This document shows, piece after piece, positions 9,052-17,378 of a stretch of DNA of 32,000 bases. The notes under the pieces are model-generated. The model did no database searches, was not told where the DNA came from, and saw only the letters and a list, made by a program, of their open reading frames with translations. The first letter of the stretch is position 1; the number at the start of each line of letters is the position of its first letter. The translations under genes were made by a program, and so were the position numbers. The stretch spans positions 780,001 to 812,000 of the forward strand of contig NZ_LT906458.1 in NCBI RefSeq assembly GCF_900187275.1, given 5' to 3'. The stretch is from Pasteurella multocida. Its GTDB lineage: Bacteria; Pseudomonadota; Gammaproteobacteria; Enterobacterales; Pasteurellaceae.

Positions 9052-10560
9052 ATGACAACATCTTCTCAAAGTCGCGAAACGTTCTCTGGACGTAAAGCGT
9101 TTATTTTTGCTGCCATTGGGTCAGCAGTTGGGTTGGGAAATATTTGGCGTTTCCCTTATGTAACTTATGAAAACGGTGGTGGCGCGTTCATCATCCCTTA
9201 TTTAGTTGCATTATTGACAGCCGGGATTCCACTCTTATTTTTAGATTATGCGATCGGTCATAAATATCGTGCTTCTCCACCACTGGCATTTCGTAAGTTA
9301 AACAAAAACTTTGAAACCTTTGGTTGGTGGCAAGTGTTGATCAACGTGATTATCGGGATTTACTATGCGGTCATCATTGGTTGGGCCGCCTCTTATACGT
9401 ATTTTTCATTGAATAGCGCGTGGGGGGCAGATCCCGCGAGTTTCTTCTTTAAAGAATACTTACAAATGGCAGAAGGCGTGGCAGTTAATTTTGACTTTGT
9501 TGCCAGCATAACCGGTCCATTAGTCGGTGTATGGATATTTATTTTGGTTATCTTGGCGTTAGGCGTACAAAAAGGGATCGGTAAATCCGCCACCTTCTTT
9601 ATGCCACTTTTAACCGTGATGTTTGTGATCTTAGTGATTACCGCGCTTTTCTTACCAGGTTCTGTAAAAGGTTTAAATGCGTTGTTTACGCCAGACTGGT
9701 CTAAATTATTAGAACCAACTGTTTGGGTTGCCGCTTATGGACAAATTTTCTTCTCGTTGTCTATCTGTTTCGGTATCATGATCACTTATTCGTCTTACTT
9801 GAAAAAACAAAGTGATTTAACGGGTTCAGGTTTAGTCGTTGGATTTGCTAACAGTAGCTTTGAATTATTAGCCGGTATCGGTGTATTCGCGGCATTAGGC
9901 TTTATGGCAACTGCGGCGGGGAAAGAAGTGAGTGATGTCGCTACTTCAGGAATTGGCTTAGCCTTTATTGCCTTCCCTGCTATTATCGACCAAGCCCCAT
10001 TTGGCAGTGTGATTGGCGTATTATTCTTCGGTTCCTTATTATTTGCTGGTATCACCTCATTGATGTCGATCTTAGAAGTGATTATCGCGGCGGTACAAGA
10101 CAAATTAAGAATGCGTCGCTCTGTTGCCACTGCATTGACTTGTGTACCAATGGCAATTGTTTCCGTCTTACTTTTTGGTACCACCACTGGTTTACCTGTG
10201 TTAGACGTATTAGATAAATTTGTAAATAGCTTTGGTATTGTGGCTGTAGGCTTAATGGTGATTTATGCAGTATTAATCAACGAATCACTTTCTGGCTTAG
10301 CGGCACACTTAAACGAAACCTCTTCCTTTAAAGTTGGTGTGGTATGGCGTGTACTTATCGGCACTATCACGTCAACGGTGTTAGTGTATATGCTCTTTAC
10401 TGAAATTAACAAAGTGGCAACTGAAGGTTACGGTGGCTACCCTGCCTGGTTCGTCAATACCTTTGGTTGGGGCATGGCAATTGGCTTAGGGGTGATCGCT
10501 TTCATGCTCTCGCGTTTACCTTGGAAACACTTAACCGATTCGACAAAAGGAGATAAATAA
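9052..10560 (+). CDS. Neurotransmitter:sodium symporter (NSS/SNF) family Na+-dependent transporter, probably for an amino acid
   Basis: 502 aa; [28 protein letters not shown] is the NSS family TM1 signature; multiple hydrophobic segments. Confidence 0.95.
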   Translation: MTTSSQSRETFSGRKAFIFAAIGSAVGLGNIWRFPYVTYENGGGAFIIPYLVALLTAGIPLLFLDYAIGHKYRASPPLAFRKLNKNFETFGWWQVLINVIIGIYYAVIIGWAASYTYFSLNSAWGADPASFFFKEYLQMAEGVAVNFDFVASITGPLVGVWIFILVILALGVQKGIGKSATFFMPLLTVMFVILVITALFLPGSVKGLNALFTPDWSKLLEPTVWVAAYGQIFFSLSICFGIMITYSSYLKKQSDLTGSGLVVGFANSSFELLAGIGVFAALGFMATAAGKEVSDVATSGIGLAFIAFPAIIDQAPFGSVIGVLFFGSLLFAGITSLMSILEVIIAAVQDKLRMRRSVATALTCVPMAIVSVLLFGTTTGLPVLDVLDKFVNSFGIVAVGLMVIYAVLINESLSGLAAHLNETSSFKVGVVWRVLIGTITSTVLVYMLFTEINKVATEGYGGYPAWFVNTFGWGMAIGLGVIAFMLSRLPWKHLTDSTKGDK

Positions 10561-10652
10561 TGGGTACTAGCGCAATTATTATGATGATCGTGGCATTAGT
10601 GATCATTTGGGGAGGATTAATTCTCTCGGTGTCAAGATTACCAAAAGAATAA
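10560..10652 (+). CDS. Small (30 aa) membrane protein, MetS-like methionine/alanine import small subunit of an NSS transporter
   Basis: ATG overlaps the transporter stop (TAATG). Translation [30 protein letters not shown] has one TM segment and resembles the short partner proteins encoded after NSS transporters. Not in the supplied ORF track because it is below the size cut-off. Confidence 0.85.
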   Translation: MGTSAIIMMIVALVIIWGGLILSVSRLPKE

Positions 10653-10668
10653 AATCACATTTCCCTTT

Positions 10669-10695
10669 AAATCAGCACCTTTTGGGTGCTGATTT
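10669..10695 (+). terminator. Rho-independent terminator after the transporter/small-subunit pair
   Basis: AAATCAGCACC-TTTTG-GGTGCTGATTT followed by TTTTA. Confidence 0.9.
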
Positions 10696-10913
10696 TTTTA
10701 TCAGTAAATCTAACCAATTGATTACTAACCACTTATTTTTACTCTTATTATTCCACTTAATTCCTTCTGATTAAATTCACTGAATAAATGAGAAATATTG
10801 TCATTTCTCTAGCTTAAAATCGATGACTTAGGTAAAATGACGACGTTTATTCGTTTATTAAGCGCATCAAAAGTGCGGTGCTTTTCCCGTACTTTTCCTA
10901 TGGAGAACACAAC

Positions 10914-12044
10914 ATGGCCTATACTACATTTTCACAAAACAAAAACGATCAATTAAAAGAGCCAATGTTCTTTGGTCAAAATGTGAACGTTGCTCGTTAT
11001 GACCAACAAAAATATGAAACTTTTGAGAAATTGATTGAAAAACAACTTTCGTTCTTCTGGCGTCCTGAGGAAGTCGATGTATCACAAGACCGTATCGATT
11101 ACCAAGCGTTACCAGAACACGAAAAACATATTTTCATCAGTAACTTAAAATACCAAACCTTATTAGATTCTATTCAAGGTCGCAGTCCAAACGTGGCGCT
11201 CTTACCACTTGTGTCTATCCCTGAATTAGAAACTTGGATCGAAACTTGGACCTTCTCTGAAACCATTCACTCTCGTTCTTATACCCATATTATCCGTAAC
11301 ATTGTGAACGATCCTTCCGTGATTTTTGATGATATCGTGACCAATGAAGAAATTATCAAACGCGCCAAAGATATTTCTGCTTATTATGATGATTTAATTC
11401 GTGATTCACAGCTTTATACTTTATATGGTGAAGGCACTTACAATGTAGATGGTCAAGATTGTGTGGTCACATTACGCAATTTGAAAAGACAACTTTACTT
11501 ATGCTTAATGAGTGTCAATGCGCTAGAAGCGATCCGTTTCTACGTGTCTTTTGCCTGTTCTTTCGCCTTTGCTGAACGCAAATTGATGGAAGGGAATGCA
11601 AAAATCATTAAATTTATCGCACGTGATGAAGCTTTACACTTAACCGGTACACAACATATCCTCAACATTATGGCATCCGGTCAAGATGATCCAGAAATGG
11701 CAGAGATCGTGGAAGAATGTAAACAAGAAGCTTACGATTTGTTTGTTGCTGCGGCAGAGCAAGAAAAAGAATGGGCTGATTATTTGTTCAAAGATGGCTC
11801 AATGATTGGCTTGAACCGCGATATTTTAGTGCAATATGTGGAATATATTACGAATATCCGGATGCAAGCAGTCGGTCTCCCACTACCTTTCCAGGCACGC
11901 TCCAATCCAATCCCTTGGATTAATGCTTGGTTAGTGTCGGATAATGTACAAGTCGCCCCACAAGAAGTCGAAGTCAGCTCTTATTTAGTTGGTCAAATTG
12001 ACTCAAAAGTCGATACTAAAGACTTTGGCGACTTTGATCTCTAA
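10914..12044 (+). CDS. nrdB: Class Ia ribonucleoside-diphosphate reductase, beta subunit
   Basis: [55 protein letters not shown]... is canonical NrdB. The ATG at 10914 has an upstream GGAG, whereas the track ORF starts earlier at 10878. Confidence 0.97.
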   Translation: MAYTTFSQNKNDQLKEPMFFGQNVNVARYDQQKYETFEKLIEKQLSFFWRPEEVDVSQDRIDYQALPEHEKHIFISNLKYQTLLDSIQGRSPNVALLPLVSIPELETWIETWTFSETIHSRSYTHIIRNIVNDPSVIFDDIVTNEEIIKRAKDISAYYDDLIRDSQLYTLYGEGTYNVDGQDCVVTLRNLKRQLYLCLMSVNALEAIRFYVSFACSFAFAERKLMEGNAKIIKFIARDEALHLTGTQHILNIMASGQDDPEMAEIVEECKQEAYDLFVAAAEQEKEWADYLFKDGSMIGLNRDILVQYVEYITNIRMQAVGLPLPFQARSNPIPWINAWLVSDNVQVAPQEVEVSSYLVGQIDSKVDTKDFGDFDL

Positions 12045-12058
12045 ACGTTGTTAAAAAA

Positions 12059-12093
12059 AACCGCACTTTTCGCGTTTTCTGAAAAGTGCGGTT
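12059..12093 (+). terminator. Terminator hairpin made of an inverted pair of uptake signal sequences, bidirectional
   Basis: AACCGCACTTTTC-GCGTTTTCT-GAAAAGTGCGGTT followed by ATTTTTT. An A-run (12052-12060) precedes it, giving a T-run on the minus strand. Confidence 0.9.
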
Positions 12094-12115
12094 ATTTTTT
12101 CGCTGATATTTGCTA

Positions 12116-12364
12116 ATGAAAATTCATTTAATCCATAGCCAAATTACTCTCGACTACGATAATCAAACTTCTCTTCTTTCTCATTTAGAAAATCACGGGA
12201 TTCATCACGAGTATCAATGTCGCTCGGGTTATTGTGGTTCCTGTCGTGTCAAAATTAGCAAAGGCAAGGTATCTTATAAAGAACCGCCCCTTGCCTTTGT
12301 ACAACCTAATGAGATTTTACTTTGTTGCTGTCAGGTTGATGAAGATTTAGACATCGAGATGTAA
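12116..12364 (+). CDS. yfaE: YfaE-like 2Fe-2S ferredoxin (NrdB diferric-tyrosyl cofactor maintenance)
   Basis: MKIHLIHSQITLDY...CRSGYCGSCRVKISKG...EILLCCCQ has the plant-type 2Fe-2S cysteine pattern and sits directly after nrdB. The track ORF starts at TTG 12110; ATG at 12116 is equally possible. Confidence 0.9.
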   Translation: MKIHLIHSQITLDYDNQTSLLSHLENHGIHHEYQCRSGYCGSCRVKISKGKVSYKEPPLAFVQPNEILLCCCQVDEDLDIEM

Positions 12365-12365
12365 G

Positions 12366-15300
12366 CTAAATCACTTTCTGTAATTTCGCGGGAATCCCTT
12401 GTCGAACAGCAGAACCACATACCCAATCCACCCAAGGGGAAACAATTTCTTTGGTGTTATCTAATAAACCTAAGTCATTAATGTTTATTCCGCGCTGAAT
12501 TTGTGGCGCCCCTTGGATCTCTTTTCCATCAATCACATAGCTCTTAGCACCTAATTGCTTATGCCCATAACCATGTTCAATGGCAATCGTCCCCTTGATG
12601 ACGCCCTCCATGACGATAATTTGTACCAACCCTTTTCCGCCCGGAGTACTGAGTTCGACCAAATCACCATGTCGTAAGCCCTGTGTCTGCGCATCTTGTT
12701 GATTCATCGCCACAATACCTTCTGGTTTAATACTCTGTAAACGGAGTAACGGTGCGGTGATACTGCTCATTAAATTAGATTTAAATGAAATCAACTTAAA
12801 TGGCCATTCTTTGCTTGGATAATGGCTTTCGAGCGTTGAATTATCCGCAAATTGCGGTTCAAAATACTTCGGACAGCCGTGGTAATGTTGACCCGTTTGC
12901 GCGTGTTTCGCTTTAGCGACCGTTTCATTCCAAATTTGCAGACATTTTTTCCAACGCGCTTGCATATTATCTTCTTGCCATGCACTTTTATACGGTGCAA
13001 AACGTCCTCCCTTGCAATACACATTCGCCACTTTCAGTACTTCTTCGGCTTTTAAAGTTCGCTGTAAAGTTGGCATGAGGCGCTGTACCCCAGTTAACAG
13101 TAAATCTTCCTCTGTCGCATCATTCACTGGCGCTTTCCCGTCATACGCAATATTGGCAGCGGCACGTAAAAAATAGTCTTCAGTACAGTTTAAAGGATAG
13201 CTATTTTTTTGTTTATCACTAATCGCATTTTCACCAAATCCAGGTAAATCCATCGCTTTGGCGATAGCAATGATAAAACTTTCCATACAAATGGTTTCGC
13301 CACTCGCGGTTTTTGCATTGTGAGACTGAATAATTGGCCAACGCGCGGTACTCGTTTTGGTCGGTACGCCTGCCCATGGTGTACTGAATCCCCAACTCTC
13401 AAAATTATGGGTATCTGGCACAATATAATCCGCTAAGGCAGTGGTTTCATTCATGAAGGCATCTACGGCAATAAAGAGCGGTAAAATACTCGGATCACGT
13501 AGTTTTTCATCCGTAATGTGATGAATCCCTGTCATGCCATAAATCGGATTACTCATATGGCTAATCCAAGCTTTGAGTGGGTAAGGATAGCCTTGTAATG
13601 CGGAAGTAATCATTTCTGACATTTGTCCACCGACAAAAGGATACCATGAGGCTTTCGCAGGGTAAGGAGAAAGACCTTGTTCCACTTTACGCTTGAATTC
13701 ACTTGATTTCTCATAGGCACGTTTACTGCGTGCTAAGTTTGTGCCTTTCGGGTTGACCATATTCGGAAAATTGGCTAAATCATAACGCGGTCCGGCACCA
13801 AAATCTTTAAACTTTCCGCCAGACATACTCATGCCGCCCTTTTTGTTCATATTTCCAACCATGGCATTGAGTAAGAGAATTGCCCACGCGGTATAAAACC
13901 CTGTACCATGCATGGTGCCCCCATGGGTTACCACTGCGGCACGATGTCCGTGTGAAGTGAATTTTTTTGCCAATTCAATGATCGTCGCCACAGGTACACC
14001 ACAATGTGTGGAATATTGTTCGATACTGTGTTCAAAACAAGATTCTTTAAATAATTGCAAGGCGGATTTCGCTAAAACAGAGGTCCCCTCTTTGAGTGTC
14101 ACCATTTCTTCCACAAAAAGGACCGCACTTTGACTGTCTTTTGCGGCAATCATTGCTCCCGTTTGTTGATCCTTCAGCAAAATATCACCATCCTCAGGTT
14201 TTTCTGGTGTTGGACTATCCATCACATCCTGCACACGTAAGGCTTGTCCATAGCGTTTATGTTGTGGATCAGCAATAAACAAATGTGTGGCATTACAAAA
14301 ACTCACCGCGTTCGCGCTTTGCATCGCATTTTCACTCGGTATGGCTAAGTAGTCCGCGTTATAACGTGCATTCTCAATGATCCAACGTAACATGGCTAAA
14401 GACAAAGAGAGATCTGTACCCGGGACAATCGGTACCCAACGATGCTGATTAACCGCACGGCTTGAACTGAGCTCTAAACGCGGTGCCACCACAACATAGT
14501 CAAAATTGTCTTCTGTGCGTTGTTTTGCGAGTTGACGCGCTTGGCGTTTGAACGGGTTACCCGCTTGCGCAGGTGATGTTCCCATAAATAAAATAAATTC
14601 AGCATGATCCCAATCTGGTTTGGCATGCGCGTTGTTCGCGAGGTCATTCATAAATGCCCCCGATCCCGCGCGATAAGACAAACCACAAAATGAGCCATGT
14701 GAAGCAAAATTGATGGTACCAAAACTGTTGTTAGCAAAACGTTTCAATAAAGGTTGACGCCCTTCAGGTCCTGCAAAAGTCACCATTAATTGATTGACTT
14801 TCGCACCAAATTCAGGATTTTCTTGATCAACAGGCGTTTGTAAATCTCGAATTGTTTTCAATCCTTCTACATGTCCTTCACCAAACAGATCACCGCCATT
14901 GACCACTTCATCCACCAATTGCTCAAAACTAATGGTTTGCCATTTTCCTTCGCCTCGTTTCCCAACTCGTTTTAACGGTTGTGTCAACCGATAAGGGCTA
15001 TTAATCCCTTCTAGGAAAGCAGCACCACGCGCACAAGCAGTGGAACGATTAGCTAAGCCACTTTCTCCCGCCACACTTAGCTCTGCCTGTTGGATAGGTT
15101 GGTTAAAATCAAGATATTGATCGGCGGATAATGGGTGATAAGGATTACCGTTAATGCGTAATACTTGATTTTTGGCTAAATCCACACGCGCCCGTAAACC
15201 ACATAAAGTCCAGCAGCCCATACATTGGGTATTACACACAACTTGATGACTGTTACTGATTAATTTACCTTGTTGTACTTGATATTCCGGCGTTAATGCA

Positions 15301-15455
15301 TTGCCATTGATTTTATCCTGTGTATGTTCGCCCGATGTACCTTCAAGCAAGCCTGTGGCAATTTCTTTCACTTTAGGCGAATACCCCGTGACAAACGCCG
15401 TTGCTGTACCGAGCGCTAACCCACCTTTTAATAAATTACGTCGTTGATTATTCAT
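12366..15455 (-). CDS. ttrA: Tetrathionate reductase subunit A (molybdopterin catalytic subunit)
   Basis: 1029 aa with Tat signal (NNQRRNLLKGG) and CNTQCMGCWTLCGLRARVD Fe-S motif of the DMSO-reductase superfamily. Genetic linkage to ttrB, ttrC, ttrS and ttrR genes. Confidence 0.93.
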   Translation of the reverse strand: MNNQRRNLLKGGLALGTATAFVTGYSPKVKEIATGLLEGTSGEHTQDKINGNALTPEYQVQQGKLISNSHQVVCNTQCMGCWTLCGLRARVDLAKNQVLRINGNPYHPLSADQYLDFNQPIQQAELSVAGESGLANRSTACARGAAFLEGINSPYRLTQPLKRVGKRGEGKWQTISFEQLVDEVVNGGDLFGEGHVEGLKTIRDLQTPVDQENPEFGAKVNQLMVTFAGPEGRQPLLKRFANNSFGTINFASHGSFCGLSYRAGSGAFMNDLANNAHAKPDWDHAEFILFMGTSPAQAGNPFKRQARQLAKQRTEDNFDYVVVAPRLELSSSRAVNQHRWVPIVPGTDLSLSLAMLRWIIENARYNADYLAIPSENAMQSANAVSFCNATHLFIADPQHKRYGQALRVQDVMDSPTPEKPEDGDILLKDQQTGAMIAAKDSQSAVLFVEEMVTLKEGTSVLAKSALQLFKESCFEHSIEQYSTHCGVPVATIIELAKKFTSHGHRAAVVTHGGTMHGTGFYTAWAILLLNAMVGNMNKKGGMSMSGGKFKDFGAGPRYDLANFPNMVNPKGTNLARSKRAYEKSSEFKRKVEQGLSPYPAKASWYPFVGGQMSEMITSALQGYPYPLKAWISHMSNPIYGMTGIHHITDEKLRDPSILPLFIAVDAFMNETTALADYIVPDTHNFESWGFSTPWAGVPTKTSTARWPIIQSHNAKTASGETICMESFIIAIAKAMDLPGFGENAISDKQKNSYPLNCTEDYFLRAAANIAYDGKAPVNDATEEDLLLTGVQRLMPTLQRTLKAEEVLKVANVYCKGGRFAPYKSAWQEDNMQARWKKCLQIWNETVAKAKHAQTGQHYHGCPKYFEPQFADNSTLESHYPSKEWPFKLISFKSNLMSSITAPLLRLQSIKPEGIVAMNQQDAQTQGLRHGDLVELSTPGGKGLVQIIVMEGVIKGTIAIEHGYGHKQLGAKSYVIDGKEIQGAPQIQRGININDLGLLDNTKEIVSPWVDWVCGSAVRQGIPAKLQKVI

Positions 15456-16497
15456 GGTTTCCCCCAGTCAAATGAAGTGGTGCTAATGCAGCAGAAAATA
15501 CCCACCAAAGTACGATACTAATACATAGCCATAAGCTAAATACCGACAGGATGCCAATCGCACCGTCGATATGCCAAGTTAATTCATATGGGTTGATTAA
15601 CGCATTGTATTTAGCAAGACGTTGTACTTCGATCAATAAGATCCAACGAACGACCCAAGTCAATAACAAGGCGAGCAATACCATCATGCCCTGTAACCAT
15701 AATGATGCAGTCAGATAAGTACCTAACAGCAATCCCCCAAGCACAACTAGATCAAGCATCGGCAGATCACTCACTTGCCACAGCTGTGTCAGTTGAAGTG
15801 CGGTCTGTTCTGAAGAAAAATACACCCCCAACAATGTTCCAATAAATAACATCAGACTGATGAAGGTCAGCGTTGAAAGATATCCTGCAATTTTCCGTTG
15901 GCTAAACACCGCAATCAAAAAGCGACAAAGCAGTAATGTGCTTGGAAAAACACTAAATAAAATCAACGGCATAAGCCAAGATTGATGCCATAAAGGACGG
16001 GCCTCCACCACAAACACTTCCATAGTGGTATAAACCAAAATGGATAAAGCAGAGAGAAACGCAAACACTCGGAAGAAAGTTGTCCAACGAAGGAGATTCA
16101 ACTGTCCCCAATAAAGAAAATGCAAAAACCGAGGTAAATGCTGTTGTGGAATAGCTTGACGCAATAAGCATAAAAAATACCCTACTACAGCAAGCGTAAA
16201 TAAAGGTAAGAAAATCGCGCCCCATGCCATCCAAGACCAAGGAGTAAGGTGTAAATAGAAATTTACAATCCGACTAGGTTGGTGTAAATCCGCGGTTAAG
16301 GCGATCGGTGCCACAATCGCACAACTTAGCGCAACGATGATGGCAATGAATTCATGCTGGACATTTTTCTCCATTTTATGAATGAGTAAGCCAACAAATA
16401 CACCAGAAAAGGCGAGACCGATAAAAAAGAAATAGCTCACCGCCCAAGGTAACCATGCAATAGCTTGCGGTTCCACCACGATTTCACGAATGATCAT
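15448..16497 (-). CDS. ttrC: Tetrathionate reductase subunit C (NrfD-like membrane quinol oxidase subunit)
   Basis: Polytopic membrane protein between ttrB and ttrA. Probable start MIIREI at 16497 with GGAGGG upstream and a 4-nt ATGA overlap with ttrB; the track start is 16521. Its stop overlaps the ttrA start by 8 nt. Confidence 0.9.
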   Translation of the reverse strand: MIIREIVVEPQAIAWLPWAVSYFFFIGLAFSGVFVGLLIHKMEKNVQHEFIAIIVALSCAIVAPIALTADLHQPSRIVNFYLHLTPWSWMAWGAIFLPLFTLAVVGYFLCLLRQAIPQQHLPRFLHFLYWGQLNLLRWTTFFRVFAFLSALSILVYTTMEVFVVEARPLWHQSWLMPLILFSVFPSTLLLCRFLIAVFSQRKIAGYLSTLTFISLMLFIGTLLGVYFSSEQTALQLTQLWQVSDLPMLDLVVLGGLLLGTYLTASLWLQGMMVLLALLLTWVVRWILLIEVQRLAKYNALINPYELTWHIDGAIGILSVFSLWLCISIVLWWVFSAALAPLHLTGGNHE

Positions 16498-17231
16498 AAT
16501 CTTCCCTCCGCACTTTGCCATAACATAGATTGCCCCTGCACTTGATTAACAAAGGCGTCATCTAATCCTAAATAGAATACATGCGGCACTGTACCCGAAT
16601 TTGGTTTTAAGACTTTGAGTTCCGCTTTAAATTCTTCTACCATTTTACTGATCGTGCTATTTGGATCGCGTAAATCGCCGATAATCCGCGCGCCACCCAC
16701 ACAGCTTTCCACACAAGCCGGTAATAAACCGACCTCCAGTCGATGTGTGCAAAACGTGCATTTATCTGCTGTTTTTGTTTCTTCGTTAATAAAACGTGCA
16801 TCATAAGGACAAGCTTGTACACAATACGCACAACCGATACAACGTTCATTATCAACTACCACGATACCATCTTTACGTTGATAGGTAGCTTGCACAGGAC
16901 AAACCGGTACACAAGGCGGGTTATCACAGTGATTACATAAACGTGGTAATAACACATTATTGACCACTTGTTTTTCATCAGTGACTTCGTATTGACGCAC
17001 AGTGGTTCTAAATTCGCCAATCGGCGTCGCATTCTCAATCCCACAACTTACAGTACAAGATTGACAACCGATACAACGACGTAAATCCACCAACATGGCA
17101 TAACGATGTGCTTCACTTCCCTCTCGTCTAGCAGGTTGAAAAGCATTTTCTGCTTGACTCAATGGAATAAAAGCTTGCCCCACACTTAATAATGATAAAT
17201 TTTTGAGAAAAATACGCTTACTCATTTTCAT
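16494..17231 (-). CDS. ttrB: Tetrathionate reductase subunit B (4Fe-4S ferredoxin-type electron transfer subunit)
   Basis: Four cysteine clusters (CIGCQSCTVSC, CNHCDNPPCVPVC, CIGCAYCVQAC, CTFC...CVESC). Tat-like signal with KR instead of RR (SKRIFLKN). AAGGAG Shine-Dalgarno. Confidence 0.93.
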   Translation of the reverse strand: MKMSKRIFLKNLSLLSVGQAFIPLSQAENAFQPARREGSEAHRYAMLVDLRRCIGCQSCTVSCGIENATPIGEFRTTVRQYEVTDEKQVVNNVLLPRLCNHCDNPPCVPVCPVQATYQRKDGIVVVDNERCIGCAYCVQACPYDARFINEETKTADKCTFCTHRLEVGLLPACVESCVGGARIIGDLRDPNSTISKMVEEFKAELKVLKPNSGTVPHVFYLGLDDAFVNQVQGQSMLWQSAEGRL

Positions 17232-17349
17232 GGTTAGCTCCTTCTTAGTTATAATTCTTCGCGCAATTGCGTTATAATTTTTTTCTCGTATTGTTCAGGA
17301 AGGACGGTGAAAAAACTATTGTGGTTTTCCACATAAACAGTGAGTGAAT

Positions 17350-17363
17350 TTGATTTCAATCAA
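17350..17363. promoter_or_regulatory. FNR-type binding site in the ttrB/ttrS divergent region
   Basis: TTGAT-TTCA-ATCAA, exact match to the consensus TTGAT-N4-ATCAA. Confidence 0.75.
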
Positions 17364-17378
17364 GAAAAGGAAGAAAAA

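Noticed and set aside
9795-10187. 130-aa minus-strand ORF inside the NSS transporter
   Set aside because: Antisense shadow of a clearly conserved transporter; no start context or family signature.
12791-14278. Short ORFs on both strands within ttrA (12791..13024, 12852..13055, 13190..13423, 13912..14133, 14096..14278)
   Set aside because: Out-of-frame or antisense to the intact 1029-codon ttrA; no independent support.
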